63,281 bases of DNA, filler included, from 4 parts of 4 records of this genome joined end to end with filler, not necessarily neighbours in it; one strand, 5' to 3'. Shown: positions 28,225-39,290, counted from the first letter of the whole stretch. The notes: generated by a model from the letters alone, not told the origin. Numbers and translations are program-made.

Positions 28225-29556
28225 TTAAATATCTTTCTCCATTAGTTCTCTAATCTTACGCTCTTCCCAACGTTTCCCCCATAATGGGTTATAACCAAAA
28301 GCTTCCATTCCATGTGCTAATAATCCAAATCCCCAACCCAGTGTAGGAAAAATAATCCATGGGAAATCGGTTGTTTGGTAATTTAACCATGCTAAACCTG
28401 GTATTATAATTAAATAAGCAGTTAGGTTTCCATAAAATCCTTTTATGGCATTTACACGCTCTTTTGCGCGTTTGTAGCGTTTATCTTGTATGTATATTTC
28501 TTGTTTTGTCATTGAAGTTGCTATTTGTTTAGTTAACATTGGAATCTTTACTTTAAAATGAGTGGCATTTTTCTCAATAACCACATCTCTAGTTGTTAGT
28601 AAATGATACCGTTGCTTAATGTTTGACAACCCTACTCCAACACTGCTTTTTAATACCGATTTTGGCTGAAGGTTATTAGAAATGATCAAATAATTATGCT
28701 CTTCTGTTATGGTTATTTCTAATGGGTTTTTAGGATTTACTTGATTGTGTTTTACCGCATTCTCCAAAAGCAATTGTAACGATAGCGGAACTACTTTTGC
28801 TTCTTTGTTTATTAAAGTTTCAGAAATATTAAAAACAATACTATCTTCAAAACGTGTTCTTAGTAAACTTATATAGGTATTAGCAAAATTAATTTCTTCT
28901 TCTACGGTAACTAATTCCTTACTTTTTTGCTCCAACACATATCGATATACTTTTGAAAGCGATGTTGTAAATTTTTGGGCTCCCCTAGGGTTTTCTTCTA
29001 TCAAACTTGTAAGAACATTTAAACTATTAAAAAGAAAATGTGGATCAAGTTGATTTTTTAAAGCATCAAACTGAGCTGTTGCTCTTCCGGCAATTACTTT
29101 TTGCTCTTTTACTTTTGACTCTTGTTTATTTTTATAAAAGAAAAATGCTGTAAAAATTAACGAAACAACAAGTGCTATCAACATTGGCCCTAAGAAATCT
29201 CCCACGTGTTGGTTTGCAATTGCTTGATTAAACGATGCTCCATGTATCAATACCCAAATAAAGGTATTTAATACAAATACGCAGAAAAAAGTGATTAGCA
29301 TCGAACCTAATACAAAACGAAAAATAATCTGGAAGGAATATATTTTTTTTCCATATCTATTAAAAAGAAACCTAATAAAAAATGCATTCCCAAGATAAAT
29401 TACAATGGTATAAAGCTGATTGTATAGAAACTTAGTTATCAAACTTTGATTAAAAACAATAACCCCTTCGTTTGCGAACGTAATGATATTGAGGATTAAA
29501 AAAATAAGCACCCCCAAAAAAAATGCCCTGCCAAGTTCTTTTATTATTGTAATCAT
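28225..29556 (-). CDS. LytS-type histidine kinase with C-terminal 2TM domain
   Basis: LKNQLDPHFLFNSLN, LLENAVKHN, GVGLSNI; tail AKERVNAIKGFY...WEERKIRELM. Confidence 0.93.
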   Translation of the reverse strand: MITIIKELGRAFFLGVLIFLILNIITFANEGVIVFNQSLITKFLYNQLYTIVIYLGNAFFIRFLFNRYGKKIYSFQIIFRFVLGSMLITFFCVFVLNTFIWVLIHGASFNQAIANQHVGDFLGPMLIALVVSLIFTAFFFYKNKQESKVKEQKVIAGRATAQFDALKNQLDPHFLFNSLNVLTSLIEENPRGAQKFTTSLSKVYRYVLEQKSKELVTVEEEINFANTYISLLRTRFEDSIVFNISETLINKEAKVVPLSLQLLLENAVKHNQVNPKNPLEITITEEHNYLIISNNLQPKSVLKSSVGVGLSNIKQRYHLLTTRDVVIEKNATHFKVKIPMLTKQIATSMTKQEIYIQDKRYKRAKERVNAIKGFYGNLTAYLIIIPGLAWLNYQTTDFPWIIFPTLGWGFGLLAHGMEAFGYNPLWGKRWEERKIRELMEKDI

Positions 29557-29643
29557 TTTCTGTTTAAATAATGTATTGTTTGTTTTGCTTAAAGTTAATG
29601 AAAACTAAAAAGAGTTAATTACTCCTTATAAAAATTCAACTCT

Positions 29644-29712
29644 TTTCGATACAGAATCCTTTGGCAAACTCAGGAGAAGCTTTGAGAAATTAAACCCTCT
29701 ATGAGAGATTAA
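29644..29712 (+). repeat. Dispersed repeat copy (3' part)
   Basis: TTTCGATACAGAATCCTTTGGCAAACTCAGGAGAAGCTTTGAGAAATTAAACCCTCTATGAGAGATTAA. Confidence 0.8.
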
Positions 29713-29866
29713 TTCTGTATTCTGATGAGACAAATACATTCTCTTGATGATTCATTCTTACTGATTCGATTTTTGATTGATGGTTTGCTACTTCTTCGAT
29801 TGACGCCCCATCTACATCAATCAAACTAAAAAGAAGTAACAAAAAATAATAAAGCAATTGTATCAT
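29699..29866 (-). CDS. Putative 55-aa small protein with hydrophobic N-terminus
   Basis: Hand translation MIQLLYYFLLLLFSLIDVDGASIEEVANHQSKIESVRMNHQENVFVSSEYRINLS*. Confidence 0.4.
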   Translation of the reverse strand: MIQLLYYFLLLLFSLIDVDGASIEEVANHQSKIESVRMNHQENVFVSSEYRINLS

Positions 29867-30029
29867 AATTTTCTAGTGTTAGTTATATAGGTTCAAAATT
29901 GATACATTTTAACGTTCTTATAAAAAAGAACATTCCGACTTGTTGATTTTTATAGATGAATTGTAAAAATAAAGGACGAAGCAAAAAAAAATAAGTAGTT
30001 TTGAAATATCTAAATACACTTTTTAAAGC

Positions 30030-31088
30030 ATGAATCGTAGAAAATTTATCACTCGTAGTGTGCAAGCATCCGCACTTACTGCTGTTCCTGTGGGAACTAT
30101 TTTTGCTCAAGAAAATACTATTAAACCTATTCAAAGTAATGTTATTCTTCCGAAGAAATTAAAAAAAGGGGCTAAAGTAGGTTTAATCGCACCAGGATAT
30201 GCACTCTCTGATAAAGCTTTACAAAATGCAATTACCAATGTAAAAGCCATGGGGTATGAACCTTTTTATACTTCTAGGATTTCTGGAAACTATGGATATT
30301 TTAGTAATACAGATATTGCTAGGGTTGAAGATATCCATGAAATGTTTTTAAATCCAGCTATTGATGCTATTTTTTGTGCACGTGGAGGCTATGGGTGTAC
30401 TCGAATCTTAAAAGATATTAATTTTGACTACATTCAGCAAAATCCTAAAATATTACTTGGGTTTAGTGATATTACTGCGCTTGTAAACAGTATTTATCAA
30501 AAAACTGGAATTGTAACTTTTCATGGGCCTGTTGGAACTACACTGGATAATCAATTTAATAGAACACAATTAGAACGAATAATTGAACATACAAATAATA
30601 GCATTCAGCTTGCTACAGAAACATTTCCAGCAAGCAAAACCTTAGCAGATTCTACTTTTGAGAATTATGTAATTACCTCTGGAACGGCTACAGGAAAGCT
30701 TGTTGGTGGTAATCTCTCCTTACTTTCTGCTATGACGGGAACCGATTTTGATGTTGATTATACGGATAAAATTGTTTTTATTGAAGAAATTGATGAAGAC
30801 CCTTACCGTGTAGACCGAATGCTCACCCAACTTCTAGATTCTAAAACTTTTAAGCACGCCAAAGGGATTGTTTTAGGAGTTTTTAAAGGTTGTGACGACC
30901 CAAAAAGAGCTAATTCTTTTAGTCTGAAAGAAGTTATTTTAGATCGATTAAAACCTATGAATATTCCTTGTGTATACGGTTTCCCAATTGGACACGTTAA
31001 TCATAACATTACACTTCCGGTAGGAATTGAAGCTCGTTTAGACACACAAAACTACAGTTTAGAATTATTAAAGAATAGTGTATCCTAA
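30030..31088 (+). CDS. LD-carboxypeptidase (peptidase S66) with Tat signal
   Basis: MNRRKFI Tat motif; RGGYG, GFSDIT, GGNLS, IEE, GH. Confidence 0.92.
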   Translation: MNRRKFITRSVQASALTAVPVGTIFAQENTIKPIQSNVILPKKLKKGAKVGLIAPGYALSDKALQNAITNVKAMGYEPFYTSRISGNYGYFSNTDIARVEDIHEMFLNPAIDAIFCARGGYGCTRILKDINFDYIQQNPKILLGFSDITALVNSIYQKTGIVTFHGPVGTTLDNQFNRTQLERIIEHTNNSIQLATETFPASKTLADSTFENYVITSGTATGKLVGGNLSLLSAMTGTDFDVDYTDKIVFIEEIDEDPYRVDRMLTQLLDSKTFKHAKGIVLGVFKGCDDPKRANSFSLKEVILDRLKPMNIPCVYGFPIGHVNHNITLPVGIEARLDTQNYSLELLKNSVS

Positions 31089-31126
31089 CCGTTTTAAGTG
31101 TTAGTATTTTATCATACCTTTAGTGT

Positions 31127-31627
31127 ATGATATTCAACACACAAAGATTATCTGTTCGCGCGCTTAGTTTTGAGGATCTCGACTTGTTTCATAAAATGCA
31201 GAACGACCAAGCTGTTATGAAATATGTTGGGGGTAAAACTTATTCTTTGGAAGAGAATAAAAAAGACTTATTGAATATTTTAAAATTCTATGAAAATCCG
31301 AAAAACGACTTTTGGGTTTGGGCAATTACCTTAAAATCTTCCTCCAATTTTATCGGAACTATTGCTTTAGTAAGAAATGAAAAAGATGAGTACGAAATTG
31401 GCTACCGATTACTAAAAGAATATTGGAAACAAGGTTATGGAAAAGAAGTAACTAACGGACTCATTAAATATGCTTTTGAGGTTAAAAAGATAAAAGAAAT
31501 TGTAGCTTACGTTGATAAAAACAATATCACCTCTGTTAGAATTCTCGATTCTACTTTTAACTTTATTAAAGAGTTTTATAATGAAGAAGATAATTGTATT
31601 GACCGCTATTACAAACTCTCTAATTAA
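31127..31627 (+). CDS. GNAT family N-acetyltransferase (RimJ/RimL type)
   Basis: TQRL, EIGYRLLKEYWKQGYGKE, N..S.RIL. Confidence 0.88.
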   Translation: MIFNTQRLSVRALSFEDLDLFHKMQNDQAVMKYVGGKTYSLEENKKDLLNILKFYENPKNDFWVWAITLKSSSNFIGTIALVRNEKDEYEIGYRLLKEYWKQGYGKEVTNGLIKYAFEVKKIKEIVAYVDKNNITSVRILDSTFNFIKEFYNEEDNCIDRYYKLSN

Positions 31628-31630
31628 AAT

Positions 31631-32026
31631 ATGCACGTCTTTGTTTACGGAACTTTAATGAATGACTTTAAAAATTCTATTGCTGAATTTTTAAGAAACA
31701 ATAGCACATTTATAGGAAAAGGAATTACTAAAGGAGAGATTTATGACCTTGGAAGTTTTCCGGGGGCTGTTTTTGATGAAAATTCCTTCAATACTATATA
31801 TGGAGAAGTTTATAAAATCACCTCCAATATAGAAGCTGTTATTTCTGCATTGGACACCTATGAAGGTATTAACGACCCAACTTTTAATTATTACGAAAAA
31901 AAGGAGGCTTTTATTCAAGTTCATACTACTCAAATAAAAGCCTCAGTTTATCATTTTAAAAAATGTCCTAATGGTTTTAAACGCATTGAAAGTGGAGATT
32001 ATTCAAAATATTTAGACAGTATCTAA
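31631..32026 (+). CDS. Gamma-glutamylcyclotransferase family protein
   Basis: FVYGTLM, GEVY, LDTYEG, IESGD. Confidence 0.9.
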   Translation: MHVFVYGTLMNDFKNSIAEFLRNNSTFIGKGITKGEIYDLGSFPGAVFDENSFNTIYGEVYKITSNIEAVISALDTYEGINDPTFNYYEKKEAFIQVHTTQIKASVYHFKKCPNGFKRIESGDYSKYLDSI

Positions 32027-32030
32027 AAAA

Positions 32031-34232
32031 TTAATTGGCTACATCACTAATAAATTTTATACGGTATAAGCGTATTTCATCGTCTTCATATTCGCCATCA
32101 AACTCTTCCATTGCATTTGAAATTTTATCGTCTTCAGCCTCCAAAAAGTAATCGTGTAACTCTTCTTGTTGGTCTTCATCTAAAATTTCATTAATCCAAT
32201 AATCCAAATTCAATTTAGTTCCCATATAAACAATCTGCTCCATCTCTTTAATAAGGTCGTCCATTTTCAACCCTTTTGAAGCTGCAATGTCATCCAAAGG
32301 AAGTTTTCTATCAACATTTTGTATTACATATAATTTTAAAGCAGAATTGGCGCCTGTAGATTTTACCACCATATCATCTGGTCGGATAATATCGTTTTCT
32401 TCTACATATTTATTAATAAATTCAATAAAAGGCTTTCCAAACTTCTTAGCTTTCCCATCTCCAACACCATGAATATTACTCATTTCGTCTAAATTGATAG
32501 GATATTTTAGAGCCATATCCTCCAAAGAAGGATCTTGGAAAATAACAAATGGTGGAACTTCAAGCTTTTTGGCTTGTTGTTTTCTAAGGTCTTTTAGCAT
32601 TTTCAACAATTGCTCGTCGGCTACAGCCCCACCTCCTTTAGCGGCTGTAACAATTGTATCGTCATTGGCTTCTGTGTAAGAATGATCTTCGGTCATTAAA
32701 AAAGAAGTTGGGTTTTCTATAAACTCATTTCCTTTTTCATTTAAATGCAATACGCCATATTGCTCTATTTCTTTACGTAACATCCCTGTTACCAATACTT
32801 GACGGATTAATGCCATCCAATAAGATGCTTCATGCTCTTTTCCATTTCCAAAAAACGGACGCTCATCTGTTTTATGAGACTTTATAAGTGCATTTACTTT
32901 TCCAACTAGCGTATTAACAATCTCTTTAGCTTTATATTTCTCTTTGGTGCTTTTAATTATTTTTAAAAGCTTAACAACATCATCTTTAGCTTCATGTTTC
33001 TTTTTAGGATGACGGATATTATCGTCCATATCTGCGCCTTCTCCATTTACCTCGTCAAATTCTTCCCCAAAATAATGAAGAATATACTTACGTCTAGACA
33101 TTGATGTTTCTGCATAGGCAACCATATCTTGTAGCAACGCATGACCAACTTCTTGCTCGGCTACAGGTTTTCCACTCATAAATTTTTCTAGCTTTTCTAT
33201 ATCTTTATATGAATAGAATGCTAAACAATGTCCTTCTCCTCCATCACGACCAGCACGACCAGTTTCTTGGTAATAGCTTTCTATACTTTTAGGAATGTCA
33301 TGGTGGATTACAAAACGTACGTCTGGTTTATCAATTCCCATTCCAAAAGCAATGGTAGCTACAACAATGTCTGTATCTTCCATTAAAAACATATCTTGAT
33401 GTCTTGCTCTGGTTTTGGCATCTAAACCTGCATGATAAGGAACGGCTTTCAAGCCATTTACCTGTAATGTTTGAGCCAATTCTTCCACACGCTTTCTACT
33501 AAGACAGTATATAATACCAGACTTTCCTTCATTCTGTTTTACAAAACGAATTATATCGGCATCTACATTTTTAGTTTTTGGGCGTACCTCATAATACAAG
33601 TTTGGTCTGTTAAATGATGCCTTATAAACCTCGGCACTATTAACTCCCAAATTTTTAAGAATATCTTCTTGAACTTTTGGTGTAGCAGTTGCTGTTAGGG
33701 CTATAATTGGAATATCATCTCCTAAACGCTGTATTATTGTTCTAATATTTCTGTATTCAGGTCTAAAATCATGTCCCCATTCTGATATACAATGGGCTTC
33801 ATCTACGGCTACAAACGATATTTTTACCGTTCTAAAAAATTCTACATACTCCTCTTTTGTAAGAGATTCTGGTGCTACATACAATAATTTTGTAACGCCA
33901 TTTGTAATATCTTCTTTTACTTGTCGAACTTCCGTTTTATTGAGTGAAGAATTTAAAACATGGGCAATGCCTTTATTCGAGGAAATTCCTCGAATAGCAT
34001 CAACCTGATTTTTCATCAGTGCAATTAGGGGGGAAATTACGATGGCTGTCCCATCTTTAACTAGCGCTGGTAATTGGTAGCAGAGAGACTTTCCTCCACC
34101 AGTCGGCATAATAACAAACGTATTCTGATCATTAATAATATTTTTTATGACCTTTTCTTGTAAACCTTTAAACTGACTAAATCCAAAATACTGTTTAAGC
34201 GCTGCCTGTAAGTCAATTTCAGCTGAACTCAT
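32031..34232 (-). CDS. recQ: ATP-dependent DNA helicase RecQ
   Basis: [39 protein letters not shown] and HRDC domains. Confidence 0.97.
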   Translation of the reverse strand: MSSAEIDLQAALKQYFGFSQFKGLQEKVIKNIINDQNTFVIMPTGGGKSLCYQLPALVKDGTAIVISPLIALMKNQVDAIRGISSNKGIAHVLNSSLNKTEVRQVKEDITNGVTKLLYVAPESLTKEEYVEFFRTVKISFVAVDEAHCISEWGHDFRPEYRNIRTIIQRLGDDIPIIALTATATPKVQEDILKNLGVNSAEVYKASFNRPNLYYEVRPKTKNVDADIIRFVKQNEGKSGIIYCLSRKRVEELAQTLQVNGLKAVPYHAGLDAKTRARHQDMFLMEDTDIVVATIAFGMGIDKPDVRFVIHHDIPKSIESYYQETGRAGRDGGEGHCLAFYSYKDIEKLEKFMSGKPVAEQEVGHALLQDMVAYAETSMSRRKYILHYFGEEFDEVNGEGADMDDNIRHPKKKHEAKDDVVKLLKIIKSTKEKYKAKEIVNTLVGKVNALIKSHKTDERPFFGNGKEHEASYWMALIRQVLVTGMLRKEIEQYGVLHLNEKGNEFIENPTSFLMTEDHSYTEANDDTIVTAAKGGGAVADEQLLKMLKDLRKQQAKKLEVPPFVIFQDPSLEDMALKYPINLDEMSNIHGVGDGKAKKFGKPFIEFINKYVEENDIIRPDDMVVKSTGANSALKLYVIQNVDRKLPLDDIAASKGLKMDDLIKEMEQIVYMGTKLNLDYWINEILDEDQQEELHDYFLEAEDDKISNAMEEFDGEYEDDEIRLYRIKFISDVAN

Positions 34233-34254
34233 CCTTTCGTTTTACTATTTTATA

Positions 34255-34262
34255 TACATTTG
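34255..34262 (+). promoter_or_regulatory. Bacteroidetes -7 element upstream of kdsD
   Basis: TACATTTG. Confidence 0.6.
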
Positions 34263-34318
34263 CACTACTAAAGATACTATTAATCTTTAGTTATTACAAA
34301 TTCTAAAAAAATTTAAAT

Positions 34319-35284
34319 TTGAATACTAAAAGTGTCATCAAAGCCAATGCAATAAAGGTAATTGATAACGAGAGTAGTGCCATCAAAAACCTTGCCTCTT
34401 TTGTAGATGATGAATTCGCTGACGCAGTAGAGTATATATACAATTCAAAAGGTAGAGTAATCGTCACCGGAGTGGGAAAAAGTGCCATAATTGCCACAAA
34501 AATTGTAGCTTCATTAAATTCTACTGGCACTCCTGCAGTTTTTATGCACGCAGGAGACGCAATTCATGGAGATTTAGGAACCATTTTAAAAGACGATGTT
34601 GTTATGTGCATCTCTAAAAGTGGAAATACCGCAGAAATAAAAGTATTAGTACCATTTATTAAAGAAGGTCCCAATAAACTTATTGCAATTACCTCCAACA
34701 AAAAATCATTTCTAGCGCAGCAAGCAGATTTTATAATAAATGCACATGTAGAAAAGGAAGCCTGCCCTCATAATTTAGCGCCAACTACCAGTACTACTGC
34801 TCAAATGGTTATGGGAGATGCGCTTGCTATCTGCCTTTTAGAGCTTAGAGGCTTTAGTAGTAAGGACTTTGCTAAATACCATCCTGGGGGAGCTCTTGGA
34901 AAGAAACTTTACCTTAGAGTTAAAGATATTGCTACTGTTAATCTTAAACCTGAAGTTACTGAAAATGCAGATGTTAGAGACGTTATTGTGGAGATTTCAG
35001 AAAAATTAATGGGGGTTACTGCAGTAATAAATCAAAATAAAATTGTAGGAATCGTTACAGATGGTGATATTCGTAGAATGCTAAGAAAGTATGATAGCAT
35101 AAATGGATTAAATGCTAAAGACATTATGTCAGTTAATCCAAAAACTGTCAACTGCGATATGTTAGCAGTAGACGCCCTAGATATTATGGATCAATTTGGA
35201 ATCTCTCAGTTACTAGTAGAAAAAAACGGAGACTATTTTGGAGTAATCCATATTCATGACTTAATTAAAGAAGGAATTTTATAA
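34319..35284 (+). CDS. kdsD: Arabinose-5-phosphate isomerase (KpsF/GutQ, SIS plus CBS)
   Basis: GVGKS, HGDLG, SKSGNT, EACPHNLAPT, HPGG, CBS pair; TTG start. Confidence 0.92.
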   Translation: MNTKSVIKANAIKVIDNESSAIKNLASFVDDEFADAVEYIYNSKGRVIVTGVGKSAIIATKIVASLNSTGTPAVFMHAGDAIHGDLGTILKDDVVMCISKSGNTAEIKVLVPFIKEGPNKLIAITSNKKSFLAQQADFIINAHVEKEACPHNLAPTTSTTAQMVMGDALAICLLELRGFSSKDFAKYHPGGALGKKLYLRVKDIATVNLKPEVTENADVRDVIVEISEKLMGVTAVINQNKIVGIVTDGDIRRMLRKYDSINGLNAKDIMSVNPKTVNCDMLAVDALDIMDQFGISQLLVEKNGDYFGVIHIHDLIKEGIL

Positions 35285-36129
35285 TGACAAAACAAATTGG
35301 AACTGGTGAAACAGAAGAAATGTCTTTTCTTGACCACCTTGAAGAATTAAGATGGCACCTAATTAGAGCTGTTCTAGCAGTTATGATTATTGGGATTGTA
35401 GCCTTTATAGCTAAAGATTTTATATTTGACACCATCCTTTTTGGCCCCAAAAAAGCAGATTTTCCTACCTATAAGTTCTTCTGTAATATTTCAAGATATT
35501 TTGGAATGGACGAATCTTTTTGTGAAGGGCCACAGTTTAGAATTCAGAGTAGAGAGATGGCTGGACAGTTTTCTGCACATATTTGGACCTCTATTTGGGC
35601 AGGGTTTATAATTGGATTCCCTTATATTTTATGGGAATTATGGCGCTTTATAAGTCCTGGACTTTATGAAAAAGAACGAAACAACTCACGTGGATTTATA
35701 ATAATTGCATCTTTTCTGTTTTTTACAGGAGTTCTTTTTGGATACTATGTTATTTCTCCACTTTCTATAAATTTCTTAGCAAATTACCATGTTAGTGAAG
35801 AAGTATTTAACGATATCGATTTATCTTCTTATATCTCAACAATTCGATCTTCAGTAATTGCCTGCGGACTTATTTTTGAGCTTCCTATTTTAATGTATTT
35901 CCTTACAAAAATAGGATTAGTAACGCCAGATTTCCTTAGAAAATATAGAAAAATAGCCATTGTAATTGTATTAATACTTTCCGCAGTAATAACCCCTCCA
36001 GACGTTGCTAGTCAGATTGTAGTATCAATTCCGATTGTAATTTTATATGAAGTAAGTATTTATATCTCTAAAATAGTACTTAAAAGAGAAGAACGTAAAC
36101 TAAAGAAAGAAAAAACTAAAAATGGGTGA
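35284..36129 (+). CDS. tatC: Twin-arginine translocase subunit TatC
   Basis: HLEELR, FISPGLY, FELP, ITPPD. Confidence 0.96.
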   Translation: MTKQIGTGETEEMSFLDHLEELRWHLIRAVLAVMIIGIVAFIAKDFIFDTILFGPKKADFPTYKFFCNISRYFGMDESFCEGPQFRIQSREMAGQFSAHIWTSIWAGFIIGFPYILWELWRFISPGLYEKERNNSRGFIIIASFLFFTGVLFGYYVISPLSINFLANYHVSEEVFNDIDLSSYISTIRSSVIACGLIFELPILMYFLTKIGLVTPDFLRKYRKIAIVIVLILSAVITPPDVASQIVVSIPIVILYEVSIYISKIVLKREERKLKKEKTKNG

Positions 36130-36472
36130 TATTGTAGATGATTTTAATGCGTATCGTTCTAAAATGAATGACCGCATTCTAGAAGACAATAATAAATTAA
36201 TAAAACGAATCTTTAATTTAGACACCAATGCATACATGGCAGGTACCTTAGATGTAAAAACTAAAGAATTATTAGGTTTAGTAGCTTCTGCAGTATTGCG
36301 TTGTGATGATTGTATAAAATACCATCTAGAAACAAGTTATAAAGAAGGACTAACCAAAGAGGAAGTAGTAGAAGCATTAGGAATTGCAACCCTTGTTGGC
36401 GGAACAATTGTTGTTCCACATTTAAGAAAAGCATATGAGTTTTGGGATGCGCTAGAAAATAAAGATTCCTAA
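36122..36472 (+). CDS. Carboxymuconolactone decarboxylase/AhpD-like protein
   Basis: KTKEL, RCDDCIKYH. Confidence 0.9.
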   Translation: MGDIVDDFNAYRSKMNDRILEDNNKLIKRIFNLDTNAYMAGTLDVKTKELLGLVASAVLRCDDCIKYHLETSYKEGLTKEEVVEALGIATLVGGTIVVPHLRKAYEFWDALENKDS

Positions 36473-36511
36473 ACCTATATTAAACTGTGTTCTATTTAAC
36501 CCCAAAATCCA

Positions 36512-36519
36512 TACTTTTG
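36512..36519 (+). promoter_or_regulatory. Bacteroidetes -7 element upstream of lptB
   Basis: TACTTTTG. Confidence 0.55.
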
Positions 36520-36572
36520 ATGGCGAATGGAGTATTTATTTCATCTGAATTACTAAAAATAAGCAACATCAT

Positions 36573-37313
36573 ATGAAGCTAAGAGCTGAAAACATCATGA
36601 AATCCTACAAGGGACGAAAAGTAGTGAAAGGAATTTCTCTTGAAGTAAATCGTGGAGAAATTGTTGGATTATTAGGCCCTAATGGAGCAGGTAAAACCAC
36701 TTCTTTTTATATGATAGTTGGTCTTATTAAACCTAATGGTGGAAAGATATTTTTAGATAATCAAGAAATTACCAATTACCCAATGTATAAACGTGCTCAA
36801 AACGGAATTGGGTATTTAGCGCAAGAGGCTTCTGTTTTTAGAAAATTAAGTATTGAAGACAATATTATGAGTGTGCTTCAGCTAACAAAACTTTCTAAAA
36901 AAGAGCGCCAAATGAAAATGGAAGCGTTAATTGATGAGTTTAGCCTTGGTCATATCAGAAAAAACAGAGGAGATTTACTTTCTGGAGGAGAGCGTAGACG
37001 TACAGAAATTGCACGAGCACTAGCTACCGATCCAAGTTTTATTTTGCTTGACGAACCTTTTGCAGGAGTCGACCCAGTTGCTGTGGAAGACATTCAGCGT
37101 ATTGTAGCGCAGCTTAAAAATAAAAACATCGGGATTTTAATTACCGACCATAATGTTCAAGAAACGCTAGCTATTACGGAGCGCTCTTACCTAATGTTTG
37201 AAGGTAATATCTTAAAAGCAGGAATCCCAGAAGAATTGGCTGCCGATGAAATGGTGAGAAAAGTATACTTAGGTCAGAACTTCGAGCTAAGAAAGAAAAA
37301 ATTAGATTTTTAG
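36573..37313 (+). CDS. lptB: LPS export ABC transporter ATP-binding protein
   Basis: GPNGAGKTTSFY, LSGGERRR, DEPFAGVDP, TDHNV, VYLG. Confidence 0.96.
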   Translation: MKLRAENIMKSYKGRKVVKGISLEVNRGEIVGLLGPNGAGKTTSFYMIVGLIKPNGGKIFLDNQEITNYPMYKRAQNGIGYLAQEASVFRKLSIEDNIMSVLQLTKLSKKERQMKMEALIDEFSLGHIRKNRGDLLSGGERRRTEIARALATDPSFILLDEPFAGVDPVAVEDIQRIVAQLKNKNIGILITDHNVQETLAITERSYLMFEGNILKAGIPEELAADEMVRKVYLGQNFELRKKKLDF

Positions 37314-37381
37314 ACTAAAACTGATAGTCCCTACTACTATATATTGAAAATCGTTTTATCTCAAAAATTAATTAAAAAGCA

Positions 37382-38185
37382 ATGATGAATTTAAAATTAA
37401 CTTCAATTGGTTTGCTATCTGCTGCCCTATTAGCTGTTGGATGCAATGAAAAACCAAAAAAAGAGGAAACAACAACTTCAACTGAAGAGAAAATTGTGGA
37501 CACCCATACTAGCGAAAACTCCTTGGATTGGAATGGAACTTATAAAGGGATACTCCCGTGCGCAGATTGCGAAGGAATAGAAACTTCTCTTCTCTTAAAT
37601 CTAGATAAAACATATATTGTAACTACTACATATCTTGGTAGAGAAGAAGAGCCATCTGAGAAATCTGGTTCTTTTACTTGGAATGCTAAAGGAAATCAAA
37701 TTACTTTAGATGGAGATAAAAATCAACAATATGCTGTTGGAGAAAACACTTTAACAAAGCTTGACAACCAAGGTGCTAAAATTGAAGGTGCATTGGCAAA
37801 TAAATATGTTTTAAGCAAAGAACAAATAATATCTGACGAAGCACTTACTGGGAAAAAATGGAGGCTTGTAAAACTTATGGGGCAACCAGTTTCTGAAATT
37901 GGAAAAGCTACTTCTGAACCTTTTATACAGTTTTTTGCTGAAGAAAATAGAGTTAGCGGAAACGCTGGATGTAATAGTTTTACAGGATCTTATACACTAA
38001 AAGAAGGTAATAGATTTGAAACTTCAAAATTAGCAAGCACCATGAAAGCTTGTTTGGATATGAAAGTTGAGAGTCAGTTTATGGGAATTCTTGAAAAAGC
38101 CGACACTTATACCATTAAAGACGGGGTACTTTCTATTACTAAAGCACGTATGGCTCCTTTAGCAGTTTTTGAACTTGCTGAATAA
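37382..38185 (+). CDS. Lipoprotein with NlpE N-terminal (CxxC) domain and META domain
   Basis: Lipobox AVGC; LDWNGTYKGILPCADCEGI; W.LVKL, GNAGCN, STMKAC. Confidence 0.9.
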   Translation: MMNLKLTSIGLLSAALLAVGCNEKPKKEETTTSTEEKIVDTHTSENSLDWNGTYKGILPCADCEGIETSLLLNLDKTYIVTTTYLGREEEPSEKSGSFTWNAKGNQITLDGDKNQQYAVGENTLTKLDNQGAKIEGALANKYVLSKEQIISDEALTGKKWRLVKLMGQPVSEIGKATSEPFIQFFAEENRVSGNAGCNSFTGSYTLKEGNRFETSKLASTMKACLDMKVESQFMGILEKADTYTIKDGVLSITKARMAPLAVFELAE

Positions 38186-38205
38186 AGTACAATCCTATAT
38201 TTAGA

Positions 38206-38249
38206 ATTAAAAAAGCCTTTGAGTTTACTTACTCAAAGGCTTTTTTAAT
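38206..38249. terminator. Bidirectional intrinsic terminator
   Basis: ATTAAAAAAGCCTTTGAGT-ttactt-ACTCAAAGGCTTTTTTAAT. Confidence 0.9.
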
Positions 38250-38264
38250 AGTTTAGATTTATTT

Positions 38265-39023
38265 TTAAGCGCGACTCTTCTGTTGAAAACTCATCACAAC
38301 CGAAAACAATACATACAATACTATAATCAATGGAATTGCAGCAAACTGGAGCAGTATTAATAAAAGGGCTGCTATTACTAAAAACACATATCGGATGCTA
38401 TTTTCTTTGAATCCCCAGCTTTTAAACTTCAATGCAAAAAGAGCAATTCTGGCATTCAACATATAGGTACTTAAAATGGTTACTACTATTAAAAACCATT
38501 TATTAAGAATTAAACTGTCTAAAAAACTAGACTCTTGAAAATGCAATATTAATGGTAACGATAATATAAAAAGTGCATTTGCTGGAGTTGGCAAACCTAT
38601 AAAAGAAGTTGCTTGCTCCTCATCTATATTAAACTTTGCCAATCTGTATGCAGAGCCTAAAGTAATTAAAAGCCCGAAAATTGCTAAAAAAGAAAAATTA
38701 AACCCGTCAACATTTACCATCGTTTGAGTTGCTTCATGATTGTCCCAAGTATAATTTCCTTCGCTCATTTTAAACAACTGAAACATCACAATTCCGGGTA
38801 CAACCCCAGAAGTCACCATATCTGCCAACGAGTCGAGTTGTAAGCCTAATTCACTTTGCGCATTTAAGAGTCTTGCAGCAAGCCCATCAAAAAAATCAAA
38901 AAAGATTCCTGCAAAAACAAAATATGCAGCAAAAATGAGACTACCTTGAACTGCTAAAATAACTGCAATAGTACCGCAAAGTAGGTTTAAAAGTGTTAAT
39001 CCGTTGGGAATAAATTTCTTCAT
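38265..39023 (-). CDS. pssA: CDP-alcohol phosphatidyltransferase (phosphatidylserine synthase)
   Basis: PNGLTLLN, DFFDGLAAR, GLQLDSLAD, RLAKFN, FIGLPTP. Confidence 0.9.
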   Translation of the reverse strand: MKKFIPNGLTLLNLLCGTIAVILAVQGSLIFAAYFVFAGIFFDFFDGLAARLLNAQSELGLQLDSLADMVTSGVVPGIVMFQLFKMSEGNYTWDNHEATQTMVNVDGFNFSFLAIFGLLITLGSAYRLAKFNIDEEQATSFIGLPTPANALFILSLPLILHFQESSFLDSLILNKWFLIVVTILSTYMLNARIALFALKFKSWGFKENSIRYVFLVIAALLLILLQFAAIPLIIVLYVLFSVVMSFQQKSRA

Positions 39024-39176
39024 TAGTGTAAAATTTCAATTATGTAAAATTACTATTTTTAAAATTTAAGTGGATGAGTTATTATTTAAATATAATAATT
39101 ATATAGTATCTCTTTTCACTCCACATGGTGCTATCAAATTTTATTAAGATATTAGCAGTATCAAAATAATTTCATG

Positions 39177-39197
39177 AAACCCTCATGGAGGGATTAA
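39177..39197 (+). repeat. Isolated dispersed-repeat terminus
   Basis: AAACCCTCATGGAGGGATTAA. Confidence 0.55.
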
Positions 39198-39290
39198 GTA
39201 TAGCCAAGGTAATCGTTTCCTAAAAGAAAATGATTCTTTGCTTAATTATGTAAGTTCTTGAAATTTAAATTTTAACTTAAGTTTATTAGT

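Noticed and set aside
29883-30134. 83-aa antisense ORF and the many other short overlapping ORFs in the track (e.g. 9230..9526, 13235..13591, 53441..53842, 57703..58101, 63078..63260)
   Set aside because: Shadow frames of well-supported genes with no recognisable motifs.
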